Below, piece after piece: positions 1 to 9,530 of a DNA stretch of 64,000 nucleotides (position 1 is its first letter; every line of letters starts with the position of its first letter). The translations under genes were made by a program, and so were the position numbers. The notes under the pieces were generated by a model, which saw nothing but the letters and a program-made list of their open reading frames with translations, searched no databases and had not been told where the DNA came from. Source of the DNA: an uncultured Clostridia bacterium (lineage in GTDB: Bacteria > Bacillota > Clostridia > TANB77 > CAG-508); NCBI GenBank assembly GCA_944386755.1, contig CALXCF010000007.1, forward strand, positions 1,970 through 65,969, written 5' to 3'.

Positions 1-127
1 TGTCTGTTATTAATAACAATGCTCCTGTTTTCGCTCTTAATATGCTTTCTAGTCCATCTCTTATAGGTGTTCCTGGAGCTATTAATTTTAGAATTTCTGT
101 AATGTTATCTTCTTTACCTTTTCTCAA
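1..127 (-). CDS. disA: DNA integrity scanning protein DisA, N-terminal fragment (continues off window)
   Basis: Minus-strand reading from TTG at 127 (AAGGTGA 6 nt upstream) gives LRKGKEDNITEILKLIAPGTPIRDGLESILRAKTGALLLIT, a DisA-like N-terminus. radA-disA adjacency is typical of Firmicutes. Confidence 0.6.
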   Translation of the reverse strand, partial: MRKGKEDNITEILKLIAPGTPIRDGLESILRAKTGALLLITD

Positions 128-170
128 AATTCTTCACCTTTTCATTTTAGACTTTACTTATTTATATTTT

Positions 171-1538
171 TTATAATCCGGCTTTCTTCATTGCCTCATT
201 TATATTTCTGACACATATTATATCTAATTTAAACTTATCTTTCAAGTCCCTTTTGTTACTTTCTGGTATTATGCAAGTTTTAAAACCTAATTTCTCCGCT
301 TCTTTAAGCCTTTTTTCAATATTGTTAATTCTTCTAATTTCTCCTGTTAAACCTACTTCTCCCATTATAACCATATCTTTTGGAATTGGTACATTTTTAA
401 AACTTGATGCTGTAACTAAAACAATACCTAAGTCAATTGATGGCTCATTAATTCTTAAACCTCCAACTACATTTAAATATACATCTTGCGAACCTAGTTG
501 TAATCCAACTCTCTTTTCTAATACCGCAATTAATAATGCTAATCTATTATAATCAATACCATTTGCAGTTCTTTTAGGATATCCATATATTGTTTGAGAT
601 GTCAATGCTTGTAATTCTACAAGTATAGGTCTTGTACCTTCCATGCATGATACTATACATGAACCTGCGGGATTATCTTCTCTTTCAGAAATAAGTATAT
701 CTGAAGGATTAGTTATTTCACACATGCCTTCTTCTCTCATTTCAAACATTCCTATCTCATTTGTTGAACCAAACCTATTTTTTACACCTCTTAAAATTCT
801 ATATGTAAAATATCTTTCTCCTTCTAAATATAAAACACAATCCACCATATGTTCTAAAACTCTTGGCCCTGCTATATTTCCTTCTTTTGTTACATGTCCG
901 ATGATTATAGTTGTAATCGCTCTTGATTTACAAACTCTCATTACTTGTGAAGTTATTTCTCTTACTTGGCTTACACTTCCTGCAGCTGCAGTTATTTCTT
1001 CAGAATACATTGTTTGGATGGAATCTATTATTACAAGTTTAGGATTTATATCTATTATTGCTTGATTTACTATATCTATATCTGTTTCACCTAAAAATAG
1101 GATATCATCATTATTAATTCCAAGCCTATCTGCTCTCATTTTTATTTGCTCAGCAGACTCTTCCCCTGAAACATATAAAACTTTGCCTTCTCCTTTGACC
1201 TTATCACAAATTTGTAAAATAAGTGTAGATTTACCAATTCCAGGCTCACCTCCTAAAAGAACCAAAGAACCTTTAACTAATCCTCCACCTAGAACTCTGT
1301 CCAATTCATTAAATCCTGTTGAAGTTCTAATAGTTTCTTTTGCTTGATATGAATTAAGTGTTTGTGGCTTGTTATTTATTTTTTCTGAATTACTTGCATT
1401 TCTGCCACTTGATTTTGTTTCAACTACTTTTTGTTCATAAAATGTGTTCCAACTATTACATGCAGGGCATTTTCCAAGCCATTTGCTGGATTCATTTCCA
1501 CATTCACTACACACAAATATTGTTTTACTTTTTGCCAT
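171..1538 (-). CDS. radA: DNA repair protein RadA/Sms
   Basis: ORF 171..1568 has a Zn-ribbon CSECG..CPAC, Walker A GEPGIGKST and a Lon-like C-terminus. Start moved to ATG 1538 (MAKSKTIFVCSECG) because the first 10 ORF codons are encoded by the inverted repeat. Confidence 0.9.
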   Translation of the reverse strand: MAKSKTIFVCSECGNESSKWLGKCPACNSWNTFYEQKVVETKSSGRNASNSEKINNKPQTLNSYQAKETIRTSTGFNELDRVLGGGLVKGSLVLLGGEPGIGKSTLILQICDKVKGEGKVLYVSGEESAEQIKMRADRLGINNDDILFLGETDIDIVNQAIIDINPKLVIIDSIQTMYSEEITAAAGSVSQVREITSQVMRVCKSRAITTIIIGHVTKEGNIAGPRVLEHMVDCVLYLEGERYFTYRILRGVKNRFGSTNEIGMFEMREEGMCEITNPSDILISEREDNPAGSCIVSCMEGTRPILVELQALTSQTIYGYPKRTANGIDYNRLALLIAVLEKRVGLQLGSQDVYLNVVGGLRINEPSIDLGIVLVTASSFKNVPIPKDMVIMGEVGLTGEIRRINNIEKRLKEAEKLGFKTCIIPESNKRDLKDKFKLDIICVRNINEAMKKAGL

Positions 1539-1594
1539 GTCCGTTTGGGGACGTTTCCGTTTGGACATTTTTGTCCATTCTGGGACACATCTTC
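1537..1594. repeat. Left inverted repeat of the RAYT unit (two GGGAC boxes)
   Basis: atgtccgtttggggacgtttccgtttggacatttttgtccattctgggacacatcttc. Confidence 0.9.
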
Positions 1595-1635
1595 CCCACT
1601 TCCTCCTTCTATTTTAATACTTTTTTATTATATCA

Positions 1636-2418
1636 TTATCTCATCGCTCTTTCTACTATTTTTCTATTCATTCCCAAAACTCTTGCTAATTGTGTTTTTG
1701 TAGTACCTTTTATAATTTCTAATTTCTTTATTTTTTCATTTCTTATTTCTTTACTATATGCACGTAAATCTCTTACATTATTGATTTCTAAGAGTTTTAA
1801 AATTTTTTCTTTTACTTTTTCATCTGATAAATTTTCAATCATTTCGAATTCTATTTCATCATTTATTTCTTCTTTTTCATTACTGTGAAAACTTATAAAT
1901 TTTTTTATTGCATCTCTTTGATTTTTACCAAACAATGAAAGAATAGGTTTTATATCCACAATTTCACTATTATTTGTAATAAAATCTCTGTAACTGCTCC
2001 ATTTATAACTATCTATTTTTGATATTCCTGCTCCCAATGGATTTCTATGAACATATTTGCATACATTAATTAAATATTCCCTCGTTTCAACATTTTTACT
2101 TAGGAATCTATTTTGAAATAAATGTCCCACTTTTTCATATTTTTTTGCAAAATAGCTGGAATAAGCAATGGCTAAACTTTGTATTGCTTTTGAAATTTGC
2201 TCTTCCTTATCATATATAACAAGATGTGTATGATTACTCATTAGACAATACGCATATAGTTTATATTGATATTTTTCTTTAGTTTCTTGAATTTCTTTAA
2301 TAAATTTTTTATAATCTTGTTCATCATAAAATATATCTTGCTTATCGTTGCCTCTTAAAATAATATGATAAACTTTAGTATTACTAATTTGTCGTGCCGA
2401 ACGGGGCATACACTTCAC
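1636..2418 (-). CDS. REP-associated tyrosine transposase (RAYT) / IS200-like HUH Y1 transposase with C-terminal HTH
   Basis: MPRSARQ..YHIILRGN.., HUH motif SNHTHLVI, catalytic Tyr motif KYVHRNPL, C-terminal HTH-like TQLARVLGMNRKIVERA. An alternative ATG lies at 2409. Confidence 0.85.
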   Translation of the reverse strand: MKCMPRSARQISNTKVYHIILRGNDKQDIFYDEQDYKKFIKEIQETKEKYQYKLYAYCLMSNHTHLVIYDKEEQISKAIQSLAIAYSSYFAKKYEKVGHLFQNRFLSKNVETREYLINVCKYVHRNPLGAGISKIDSYKWSSYRDFITNNSEIVDIKPILSLFGKNQRDAIKKFISFHSNEKEEINDEIEFEMIENLSDEKVKEKILKLLEINNVRDLRAYSKEIRNEKIKKLEIIKGTTKTQLARVLGMNRKIVERAMR

Positions 2419-2570
2419 TCCTTAAATTAATATTTTCAGCCCCTAAAAAATATGTTTTGCCCCCAAAACATAAAAAGTATAGCATATATTTATAAATATT
2501 GCTATACTTTTTTTATCAATTCACTAAAAAGTTACATTTTTACGACATATCCATTTCCTATTATGTGAAA

Positions 2571-2628
2571 GAAGATGTGTCCCAGAATGGACAAAAATGT
2601 CCAAACGGAAACGTCCCTAAACGGACAT
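2571..2628. repeat. Right inverted repeat of the RAYT unit
   Basis: gaagatgtgtcccagaatggacaaaaatgtccaaacggaaacgtccctaaacggacat. It abuts the stop codon of the next gene. Confidence 0.9.
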
Positions 2629-2954
2629 TATGCTTGTTCTTTCTTTTTTCCAAAAGAGATTTCTTGGAATAAGAAGTCATGAACTTTTTCCCATGTGATT
2701 TCTTGGTGTAAAAATTCGTTGATTTCATCTTCAACTTTTTGTTGATATGGTGTTAATTCAACTTTTATTTCTTTGTTCCAGTCGATTTCTTGTAACCAGA
2801 ATGCTTTGAATTTGCTCCAGAATCCTTGTTTTACTAATTTGTTGTTTTCTGGTTGTCTGATTGTTCCTGCATTTTCTGGTTCTTTTCCTATATTTTCTAT
2901 TTCTACTCCTCCGAAAACTCCTGATACTTTGTTTTCTTCTCCTAAATCTGCCAT
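2628..2954 (-). CDS. hypothetical protein (108 aa)
   Basis: ORF 2628..2984. Start placed at ATG 2954 behind AAGGAGGAAAAAAC. No recognisable motifs. Confidence 0.5.
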   Translation of the reverse strand: MADLGEENKVSGVFGGVEIENIGKEPENAGTIRQPENNKLVKQGFWSKFKAFWLQEIDWNKEIKVELTPYQQKVEDEINEFLHQEITWEKVHDFLFQEISFGKKKEQA

Positions 2955-3154
2955 GTTTTTTCCTCCTTTGTAGTTATTACACAAATTATTAATTTATTTA
3001 TACTATATATTTTTTTATTTATCAAGTGTTTTCGTTAATTTTTATATTAAATGTTTGTTACAGCAAAATTACATTTTTGTTACATTGTTCCTATTTTTCT
3101 ACTTTTTACCTTTATTTCTATCAATTATTATTTTCTTCTTTGCAGAGATATTGT

Positions 3155-4507
3155 TTATATATCTACTACTATATGGTCTTTTTTTGCTTCTTTGCATATA
3201 GCTTTTGTTATTTTATTTTCTATACCATCTTTTTTATCCGCACTCTCATTGTTACTTGTATATGCTAATATATAGTTTTTTGTATGTCCTTGATAATGTC
3301 CATTTTTTTCTTCTTCCCAAAGAACTTCTACTGTTTTATTTATGTATTGCTTATTATATTCTTCTTCATTTTTGTCTGATAGTTCAATTAATTTCTGACT
3401 TCTCTTTTCTTTTATACTTCCATCAATTTGTCCTTCCATTTGTGCTGCTTTTGTTCCTTTTCTTTGTGAATATTTGAATATGTGCATTTTATAGAATTTT
3501 ATTTCTTTTAGGAATTGATATGTTGTTTCAAATTCTTCTTCTGTTTCTTGTGGGAATCCTACTATTATATCTGTTGTTAAAATCACATCATCATAATTTT
3601 TTCTTAATATATCAACAATATTTTTAAACTGTTCTGTTGTGTATCTTCTATTCATTCTTTTTAAGGTTTCGTCACATCCACTTTGTAAAGATAAGTGAAA
3701 ATGATGGCATATTTTATCTAGTTTTTTAAGTCTTTCTACAAATTGTTCAGTTATCAATAATGGTTCTATTGAACCTAATCTGATTCTTTCGATTCCTTCT
3801 ATTTTGTTTAATTCTTCTAATAAATCGATTAGTTTGTATTCGCTTTTGAAGTCTTTTCCGTATGATGCTATATGTATCCCTGTTATTACAATTTCTTTTA
3901 TGCCTTCTCTTGCTATATCTTGTGCTTCTTCTATAATCTTATCTGGTTTTCTACTTCTGACTCTTCCCCTTGCATATGGTATGATGCAATATGAACAAAA
4001 TCTATCACATCCATCTTGAATTTTGATGGTCGCTCTTGTTTTTGATGTATATGTTACATCTCCTAAGTCTACAAATTCTTTTTGTTGCATAACATCTTGC
4101 GCTATTACATCAAAACTGTTTTTTTGCTCTGTTTTTCCAGAAGTTTTTTTCTCGTAATCTTCTACTATCTCTACAATTTTACTTTTTTCATTATTTCCTA
4201 TTGCTATATCTATTTCCTCTATATTTTCTATTTCTTTTTGTGCAACTTGCACATAACATCCACATGCAACTATTGTTGCATCTTTATTTTGCTCTTTCAT
4301 TCTTCTTATCATTTGTCTTGATTTTCTGTCTGACATATTTGTTACTGTACATGTGTTTATTACATATACGTCAGCTTTTTCATTATGTTCTACTATCTCA
4401 TATCCTTTATTTTTAAATTGCTGTATCATTGCATTTGTTTCATATTGATTTACTTTACAACCTAATGTTACAAAGGCAACTTTTTTTCTATCATTTATTT
4501 TTTCCAT
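3155..4507 (-). CDS. mtaB: tRNA threonylcarbamoyladenosine methylthiotransferase MtaB (MiaB-like radical SAM)
   Basis: VAFVTLGCKVNQYE N-terminus, radical-SAM CDRFCSYC motif, TRAM-like C-terminus. ATG 4507 follows AAGGAAGG. Confidence 0.85.
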   Translation of the reverse strand: MEKINDRKKVAFVTLGCKVNQYETNAMIQQFKNKGYEIVEHNEKADVYVINTCTVTNMSDRKSRQMIRRMKEQNKDATIVACGCYVQVAQKEIENIEEIDIAIGNNEKSKIVEIVEDYEKKTSGKTEQKNSFDVIAQDVMQQKEFVDLGDVTYTSKTRATIKIQDGCDRFCSYCIIPYARGRVRSRKPDKIIEEAQDIAREGIKEIVITGIHIASYGKDFKSEYKLIDLLEELNKIEGIERIRLGSIEPLLITEQFVERLKKLDKICHHFHLSLQSGCDETLKRMNRRYTTEQFKNIVDILRKNYDDVILTTDIIVGFPQETEEEFETTYQFLKEIKFYKMHIFKYSQRKGTKAAQMEGQIDGSIKEKRSQKLIELSDKNEEEYNKQYINKTVEVLWEEEKNGHYQGHTKNYILAYTSNNESADKKDGIENKITKAICKEAKKDHIVVDI

Positions 4508-4530
4508 CAAAATACCTTCCTTACATAATT

Positions 4531-4566
4531 AAATGTCGCATGAGAAACGTCCCCAATACGACATTT
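4531..4566. repeat. GTCCCC-box hairpin (single unit)
   Basis: aaATGTCGcatgaGAAACGTCCCCAATaCGACATtt. It fills the gap between the mreB stop and the mtaB SD. Confidence 0.8.
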
Positions 4567-4568
4567 TT

Positions 4569-5576
4569 TTATTTGCCTCTTCCTTCTAAGGCATCTAAAT
4601 TATCTAAAGCTTTTCCTGTTCCTAATGCTACACATGATACCGTATCTTGTGCTATCATTACGTTTATTCCTGTTTTTTCTTGTAGTAGTTTATCTAATCC
4701 ATCTACTAAGCAGCCTCCACCTGTCATGTATATTCCTTTATCACTTATATCTGCTGCAAGTTCTGGTGGTGTTTTTTCTAATACTGAATGTACTGCATCT
4801 ACAATCATCATTGCTGGCTCGATTAGTGCTTCTAGCATTTCACTTGATTTTATTGTTACTGTTTTTGGTAGTCCTGTAACTAAGTCTCTTCCTCTTACAT
4901 CCATTTCTGCATCTTGAATTTTAGGATATACGCATCCGATATTTACTTTTAAATCTTCTGCAGTTCTTTCTCCTATCATTATATTGTGTTTTTTCTTTAT
5001 ATATTTAACTATATATTCATCAAATCTATCTCCAGCAACTTTTAAAGATGTACTAACTACTGAACCACCTAGTGATATTACTGCAATATCAGTTGTTCCA
5101 CCTCCAATATCAACAACCATATTTCCACATGGCTTTGATATATCTATTCCAGCTCCTATTGCTGCAGCAATTGGTTCTTCTATCAAGTATACTTTTCTTG
5201 CACCTGCTTGTGAAGCTGCATCTATTACTGCCTTTTTTTCAACCTCTGTTACTTGTGAAGGTATACATATCATAATTCTTGGTGCAAATATGAATTTTCC
5301 ACATACTTTATTGATGAAATGTTTTAACATTTTTTCAGTTACGGTATAGTCTGATATTACTCCATCTCTTAAAGGTCTTGTTGCAACAATATTTCCAGGT
5401 GTTCTTCCTAACATTCTTCTTGCTTCTTGTCCAACTGCTAAAACTTCACCTGTGTTGTTATCTACCGCAACAACTGATGGTTCTCTTAATACGATTCCTT
5501 TTCCTTTTACATATGCAATTACCGTCGCTGTTCCTAAATCGATTCCAATATCTTGTCCTAAGCCAAATTTAAACAT
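4569..5576 (-). CDS. mreB: rod shape-determining protein MreB/Mbl
   Basis: DIGIDLGTATVIAY.., actin-fold ATPase motifs, 335 aa. Confidence 0.9.
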   Translation of the reverse strand: MFKFGLGQDIGIDLGTATVIAYVKGKGIVLREPSVVAVDNNTGEVLAVGQEARRMLGRTPGNIVATRPLRDGVISDYTVTEKMLKHFINKVCGKFIFAPRIMICIPSQVTEVEKKAVIDAASQAGARKVYLIEEPIAAAIGAGIDISKPCGNMVVDIGGGTTDIAVISLGGSVVSTSLKVAGDRFDEYIVKYIKKKHNIMIGERTAEDLKVNIGCVYPKIQDAEMDVRGRDLVTGLPKTVTIKSSEMLEALIEPAMMIVDAVHSVLEKTPPELAADISDKGIYMTGGGCLVDGLDKLLQEKTGINVMIAQDTVSCVALGTGKALDNLDALEGRGK

Positions 5577-5758
5577 TTCTATCTTCCCTTCTTTTAAATT
5601 TGTTCTTTTATTACAAATTCGTTACAATTATATTACAATATTGCCATTTTATCAAGGCTTTTGATTGAATTTTTTTATTTTTTATATTATAATAATTATG
5701 GATTTGGTTTATAGGTATTTCCTTTAAAAAACCTAAATTTAATTATAGGATTTTACAT

Positions 5759-6229
5759 ATGGATAAGTTAAATGATAATAATAATTTTGAAATAATTTCA
5801 AATAGTGAAACTGATACTATGGAATTTGCAAAAACTTTAGCTTCTCAGTTAAAAAAAGGTGATGTAGTTGTTTTGACCGGAGAACTTGGTTCTGGTAAAA
5901 CCAAATTTGTTGAAGGTTTTTTATCATATTTTGGTTTGCAAGATGAAATTTCAAGTCCTACTTTCACTATTGTTAATGAATATGATTATAAAGATTTCCC
6001 TATTTTTCATTTTGATGTTTACCGTTTGGAAGATTCTTCTGAATTTTATGAAATTGGTGGAGAAGAATATTTTGAAAAAGGTATTTGTTTAATTGAATGG
6101 GGAGAAATTATACAAGATGCTTTACCTAAAAATTCTATTCATATATCATTCAAAAAAGATGATAATAATGAAAATTCAAGAATTTTGACTGTTTCAAGGA
6201 GGAATAATAATGAAAATTCTAAGTATTGA
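5759..6229 (+). CDS. tsaE: tRNA t6A37 complex ATPase TsaE
   Basis: LTGELGSGKT P-loop, SPTFTIVNEY, 156 aa. Confidence 0.85.
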   Translation: MDKLNDNNNFEIISNSETDTMEFAKTLASQLKKGDVVVLTGELGSGKTKFVEGFLSYFGLQDEISSPTFTIVNEYDYKDFPIFHFDVYRLEDSSEFYEIGGEEYFEKGICLIEWGEIIQDALPKNSIHISFKKDDNNENSRILTVSRRNNNENSKY

Positions 6230-6953
6230 TACTGCAAGTGATATTTGTGGAGTTTCTATTTTAGAAGATGAAAATTTAATTTGCAATTTAGATAGTAATA
6301 CTGGCAGAACTCATTCTGAAAATTTAATGCCGATGGTTGAAAATGCTTTTTCTAAATCTAATTTATCTTTAAAAGATATAGATTTATTGGTCTGTGACAA
6401 AGGTCCTGGTTCTTTTACTGGTATTAGAATTGGTGTTGCAACTGTTATGGCTTTTCATGATAGTTTTGATATTCCATATATTGGTATTAGTTCTTTAGAA
6501 GCTTTAGCTTACAATACAAGAAATGTTGTTAAAAATAATTCTTATGTTTGTAGTATTATTGATTGTAAAAATGATAATTGTTATTTTGCCCTATATGAAA
6601 ATAAAGATGGAATTTTTGAAGAGCTAATTGAACCTCAAGCTGAAAGTATTGAAAGTCTTTTATCTATATTAGATAGCTATTGTAAAGATAGTATTGAAGA
6701 TTTTGAAAATGCTGCTATTACTTTTGTTGGTGATGGTTCTAAAATTTATAAAGGTAAAATACAAGATTATTTTTCAAATGCAATGTTTGTAGATGATGGT
6801 ATGAATGATTTAAATTCATATAGTCTTGGTCTTGCAGGTCTAGTGCATTATAATGAAAACATAGATATTGGAGATGTTTTACCTTTATATTTGAAGAAGC
6901 CTCAGGCTCAAAGATTATTAGAGGAAAAAGAGAAAACGGAAAGTAACAAATGA
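6210..6953 (+). CDS. tsaB: tRNA t6A37 complex dimerisation subunit TsaB
   Basis: MKILSIDTASDICGVSI.., GPGSFTGIRIG. Overlaps the tsaE end. Confidence 0.85.
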   Translation: MKILSIDTASDICGVSILEDENLICNLDSNTGRTHSENLMPMVENAFSKSNLSLKDIDLLVCDKGPGSFTGIRIGVATVMAFHDSFDIPYIGISSLEALAYNTRNVVKNNSYVCSIIDCKNDNCYFALYENKDGIFEELIEPQAESIESLLSILDSYCKDSIEDFENAAITFVGDGSKIYKGKIQDYFSNAMFVDDGMNDLNSYSLGLAGLVHYNENIDIGDVLPLYLKKPQAQRLLEEKEKTESNK

Positions 6954-7018
6954 AATTATCTAATTAGTGTTAATTAATTTATTAAAATTTTATATTATTT
7001 TATGGAGAGTTGTCTATA

Positions 7019-7477
7019 ATGTTGAAAAAGATTGATATACAAGAAATGTCCTTAAATGATTTGGAAAAAATTAAAGATATTCTTATTTCTGATTTTGATG
7101 ATTTTTGGAATTATAATATTTTGAAGGATGAATTGGAAAGTCCTAATTCTAAATATATTATAGCAAAAACCAATGATGGTGAAATCATTGGTTTTGCTGG
7201 AATTAAAATTATTATTAACACTGCTGATATAATGAATATCGTTGTTAAAAAGTCTTGGAGAAATCAAGGTGTTGGTAGTTTGCTCTTAAACAACCTTGTG
7301 TCTATTTGTAAAGATTTAAATTTACTTTCTTTATCTTTAGAAGTTAATGAAGATAATCATCCTGCTATTCATTTGTATGAAAAGTTTGGTTTTAAAAATA
7401 TTGGTTTGAGGAAGAATTATTATAAAAATAACGATGGAATAGTGATGGAATACAGTTTAAATGTGCCAACTGATTAG
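7019..7477 (+). CDS. rimI: ribosomal-protein-alanine N-acetyltransferase RimI (GNAT)
   Basis: GNAT motif WRNQGVGSLLL. Position after tsaE-tsaB. ATG 7019 lies 10 nt after GGAGAG. Confidence 0.8.
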   Translation: MLKKIDIQEMSLNDLEKIKDILISDFDDFWNYNILKDELESPNSKYIIAKTNDGEIIGFAGIKIIINTADIMNIVVKKSWRNQGVGSLLLNNLVSICKDLNLLSLSLEVNEDNHPAIHLYEKFGFKNIGLRKNYYKNNDGIVMEYSLNVPTD

Positions 7478-7832
7478 ATAACATTTGTGCTTGTTCACAT
7501 GTTATTTTTATAATTATCATAGTCTTTTGAAGTGGCAAATCTATGTTGTTTTTCTGAGGTCCATCTGTCTTCATAACCATTAATCCTATAATCCTTAGTA
7601 TAATTTTACATTTCTTTTTCTATATTAGTATAATCGGTGTTAAATGTTGCTGTTGTATATATTGACTTCGGTACTTCTATCCATACCCATTCATTTTCGT
7701 TATTCTCTCCTCTGTTTATTACGGTTTATTTCCACATTTAAATACAAAAAAATACCATGTAATATTTTCTAAAATCTTACATAGTATCTTTTTATTTATA
7801 TATCACAATTATTATAATATCTATTTTTAAAA

Positions 7833-8360
7833 CTAGATTAATTGTAATATTGCCATTTCTGCTCCGTCTCCTCTTCTTGGACCAGCTTTAATGATACGTG
7901 TAAATCCACCTACATTTTTACCAGCATATTTTGGAGCAATTTCGTTAAATAGTTTTGATGGTAAGTCTATATTTTTACCTTCGCTATCTTTAACTTTGTT
8001 TATTTTTCTCATTATTTTTCTTCTTGCATTTAATCTTGATGGCATGTCTTTTTGTCTTTTTTCAGTAGTTTCTTCTTTTACTACTTTTAAATATTCTTTT
8101 CCGTTTTTGCTTTTTACTAGTTCTGTTTCTTTATTTCCTTTTGAATCTAGTTTTGCTTTTACTACTTTAACATCTACCATTTCAAAATTATCTTTTTCTT
8201 TTATTGCAAGTGAAATAATGCTATCAGCTATTGCTTTTACTTCTTTTGCTCTTGCTAATGTTGTTTCAACTTTACCATTTAATATTAAATCTGTTGTTAA
8301 AGTTTTTAACATTGCCATTCTTATGTCAGTAGTTCTTCCTAGTTTTCTATTAGTAGCCAA
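7833..8360 (-). CDS. rplQ: 50S ribosomal protein L17 (enlarged, about 175 aa)
   Basis: [20 protein letters not shown].. and the ..[25 protein letters not shown] termini. TTG 8360 lies 8 nt after AAGGAGGG. Confidence 0.9.
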   Translation of the reverse strand: MATNRKLGRTTDIRMAMLKTLTTDLILNGKVETTLARAKEVKAIADSIISLAIKEKDNFEMVDVKVVKAKLDSKGNKETELVKSKNGKEYLKVVKEETTEKRQKDMPSRLNARRKIMRKINKVKDSEGKNIDLPSKLFNEIAPKYAGKNVGGFTRIIKAGPRRGDGAEMAILQLI

Positions 8361-8379
8361 CTTATTTCCCTCCTTCTTT

Positions 8380-8464
8380 TTGACAGGGGACACACCTTTA
8401 CCTCTTGGTCACTTCCACTCAGTTTAAGGAATGTCCCCTCCCCTCGTGAATAGGTGATTCGCCC
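8380..8464 (-). repeat. GBX-RP element copy 1 (85-nt SD-proximal structured repeat, subfamily A)
   Basis: ttgacaggggacacacctttacctcttggtcacttccactcagtttaaggaatgtcccctcccctcgtgaataggtgattcgccc. Confidence 0.9.
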
Positions 8465-8487
8465 ATTTTCTAATTACTTTACTATTT

Positions 8488-9435
8488 TTAATCTTCATCT
8501 TTTGCAAAATCCAATCCTAATGAATGTAGTTTTGCAGTTACTTCGTCAAATGATTTTTTACCTAGATTTCTAACTTTCATCATATCCGCTTCTGTTTTGT
8601 TAGTTAAATCTTCTACTGTTGCAATACCAGCTCTTTTTAAGCAGTTAAATGATCTTACAGATAATTCTAGTTCTTCTATTGACATTTCTAAAACTTTTTC
8701 TTTTTTAGATTCTTCTTTTTCAATCATAACTTGTGTATTTTTTGTAGCTTCTGATAGGTCTATAAATAATTCTAAGTGACCTGTCATTACTTTTGCAGCT
8801 AAACTTAATGCTTCATGTGCTTTTAAGCTACCATCTGTCCATACTTCAATAATCAATTTATCATAGTCTACCATTTGTCCAACTCTAGTGTTTTCAACTT
8901 GATAATTAACTTTCTTTACTGGTGTGTATATTGAATCTATTGGAAGTACAGATATGTCTTGATTTTCTTTTTTATTTTTTTCAGATGAGTTATATCCTCT
9001 TCCTCTATCAGCTGTCATTTCCATTTTTAGGCTTCCACCTTGTGAAACTGTAGCTATATGTAATTCAGGATTTAAAATTTCAACTGTTCCATCTGTTATG
9101 ATGTCACTTGCTGTAACTTCTCCCTCACCTTTGAAATCAATTCTTAATATTTTTTCTTCATTCTCGTTAAATTTTAGTCTTACATTTTTTAAGTTTACTA
9201 TGATTTCTGGTACGTCTTCTACAACATTTGGTATTGTAGAGAATTCATGTAAAACTCCATCTATTTTTACGCTTGTTATGGCACATCCTGGAAGTGATGA
9301 AAGTAATATTCTTCTAAGAGAGTTTCCTATTGTTACTCCATAACCTCTTTCTAATGGTTCGCATACAAATTTTGCATAATTGTTTGCATCATTAACTTCT
9401 AGACATTCAATATTTGGCTTTTCAAATTCTATCAT
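8488..9435 (-). CDS. rpoA: DNA-directed RNA polymerase subunit alpha
   Basis: [10 protein letters not shown].., [15 protein letters not shown]-terminal domain [13 protein letters not shown]. Confidence 0.95.
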   Translation of the reverse strand: MIEFEKPNIECLEVNDANNYAKFVCEPLERGYGVTIGNSLRRILLSSLPGCAITSVKIDGVLHEFSTIPNVVEDVPEIIVNLKNVRLKFNENEEKILRIDFKGEGEVTASDIITDGTVEILNPELHIATVSQGGSLKMEMTADRGRGYNSSEKNKKENQDISVLPIDSIYTPVKKVNYQVENTRVGQMVDYDKLIIEVWTDGSLKAHEALSLAAKVMTGHLELFIDLSEATKNTQVMIEKEESKKEKVLEMSIEELELSVRSFNCLKRAGIATVEDLTNKTEADMMKVRNLGKKSFDEVTAKLHSLGLDFAKDED

Positions 9436-9530
9436 CTTTACCTCCTAATATTCGAGAATATATCTCAAACTTTTTAAAACCTTTTTTGGTTCTTTAAGTA
9501 AATTGTTTAATGTTTTATATATTTGTTCTA

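Larger units (their letters stand above)
1537..2628 (-). mobile_element. RAYT/IS200-like transposase gene bracketed by 58-bp inverted repeats (REP-RAYT-REP-like unit)
   Basis: 1537-1594 is the reverse complement of 2571-2628 with one mismatch. The repeats flank the HUH-Y1 transposase ORF. Confidence 0.75.

Noticed and set aside
1358-1888. Plus-strand ORFs 1358..1888 and 1431..1703 bridging radA, the inverted repeat and the transposase gene.
   Set aside because: They are antisense to two well-supported genes, cross the inverted repeat, and have low-complexity products.
7392-7580. 62-aa minus-strand ORF overlapping the rimI 3' end.
   Set aside because: It overlaps a well-supported gene and has no RBS or recognisable motif.
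8380-8385. TTGACA hexamer at the gene-proximal end of most GBX-RP copies, considered as an antisense -35 promoter box.
   Set aside because: No TATAAT-like -10 lies 16-18 nt downstream on that strand (the sequence there is tcttgg or ctaggg). The hexamer is better explained as part of the conserved element terminus.
8361-8393. N-terminal extensions of ribosomal-protein ORFs in the six-frame track ([11 protein letters not shown].., [10 protein letters not shown].., MSLVNQEGGKTK.., MSKRRRENSK.., [14 protein letters not shown]..).
   Set aside because: They start at GTG/TTG inside the repeat element, run through the real SD, and precede canonical N-termini that have properly spaced AAGGAGG. They are read-through of the repeat, not coding sequence.
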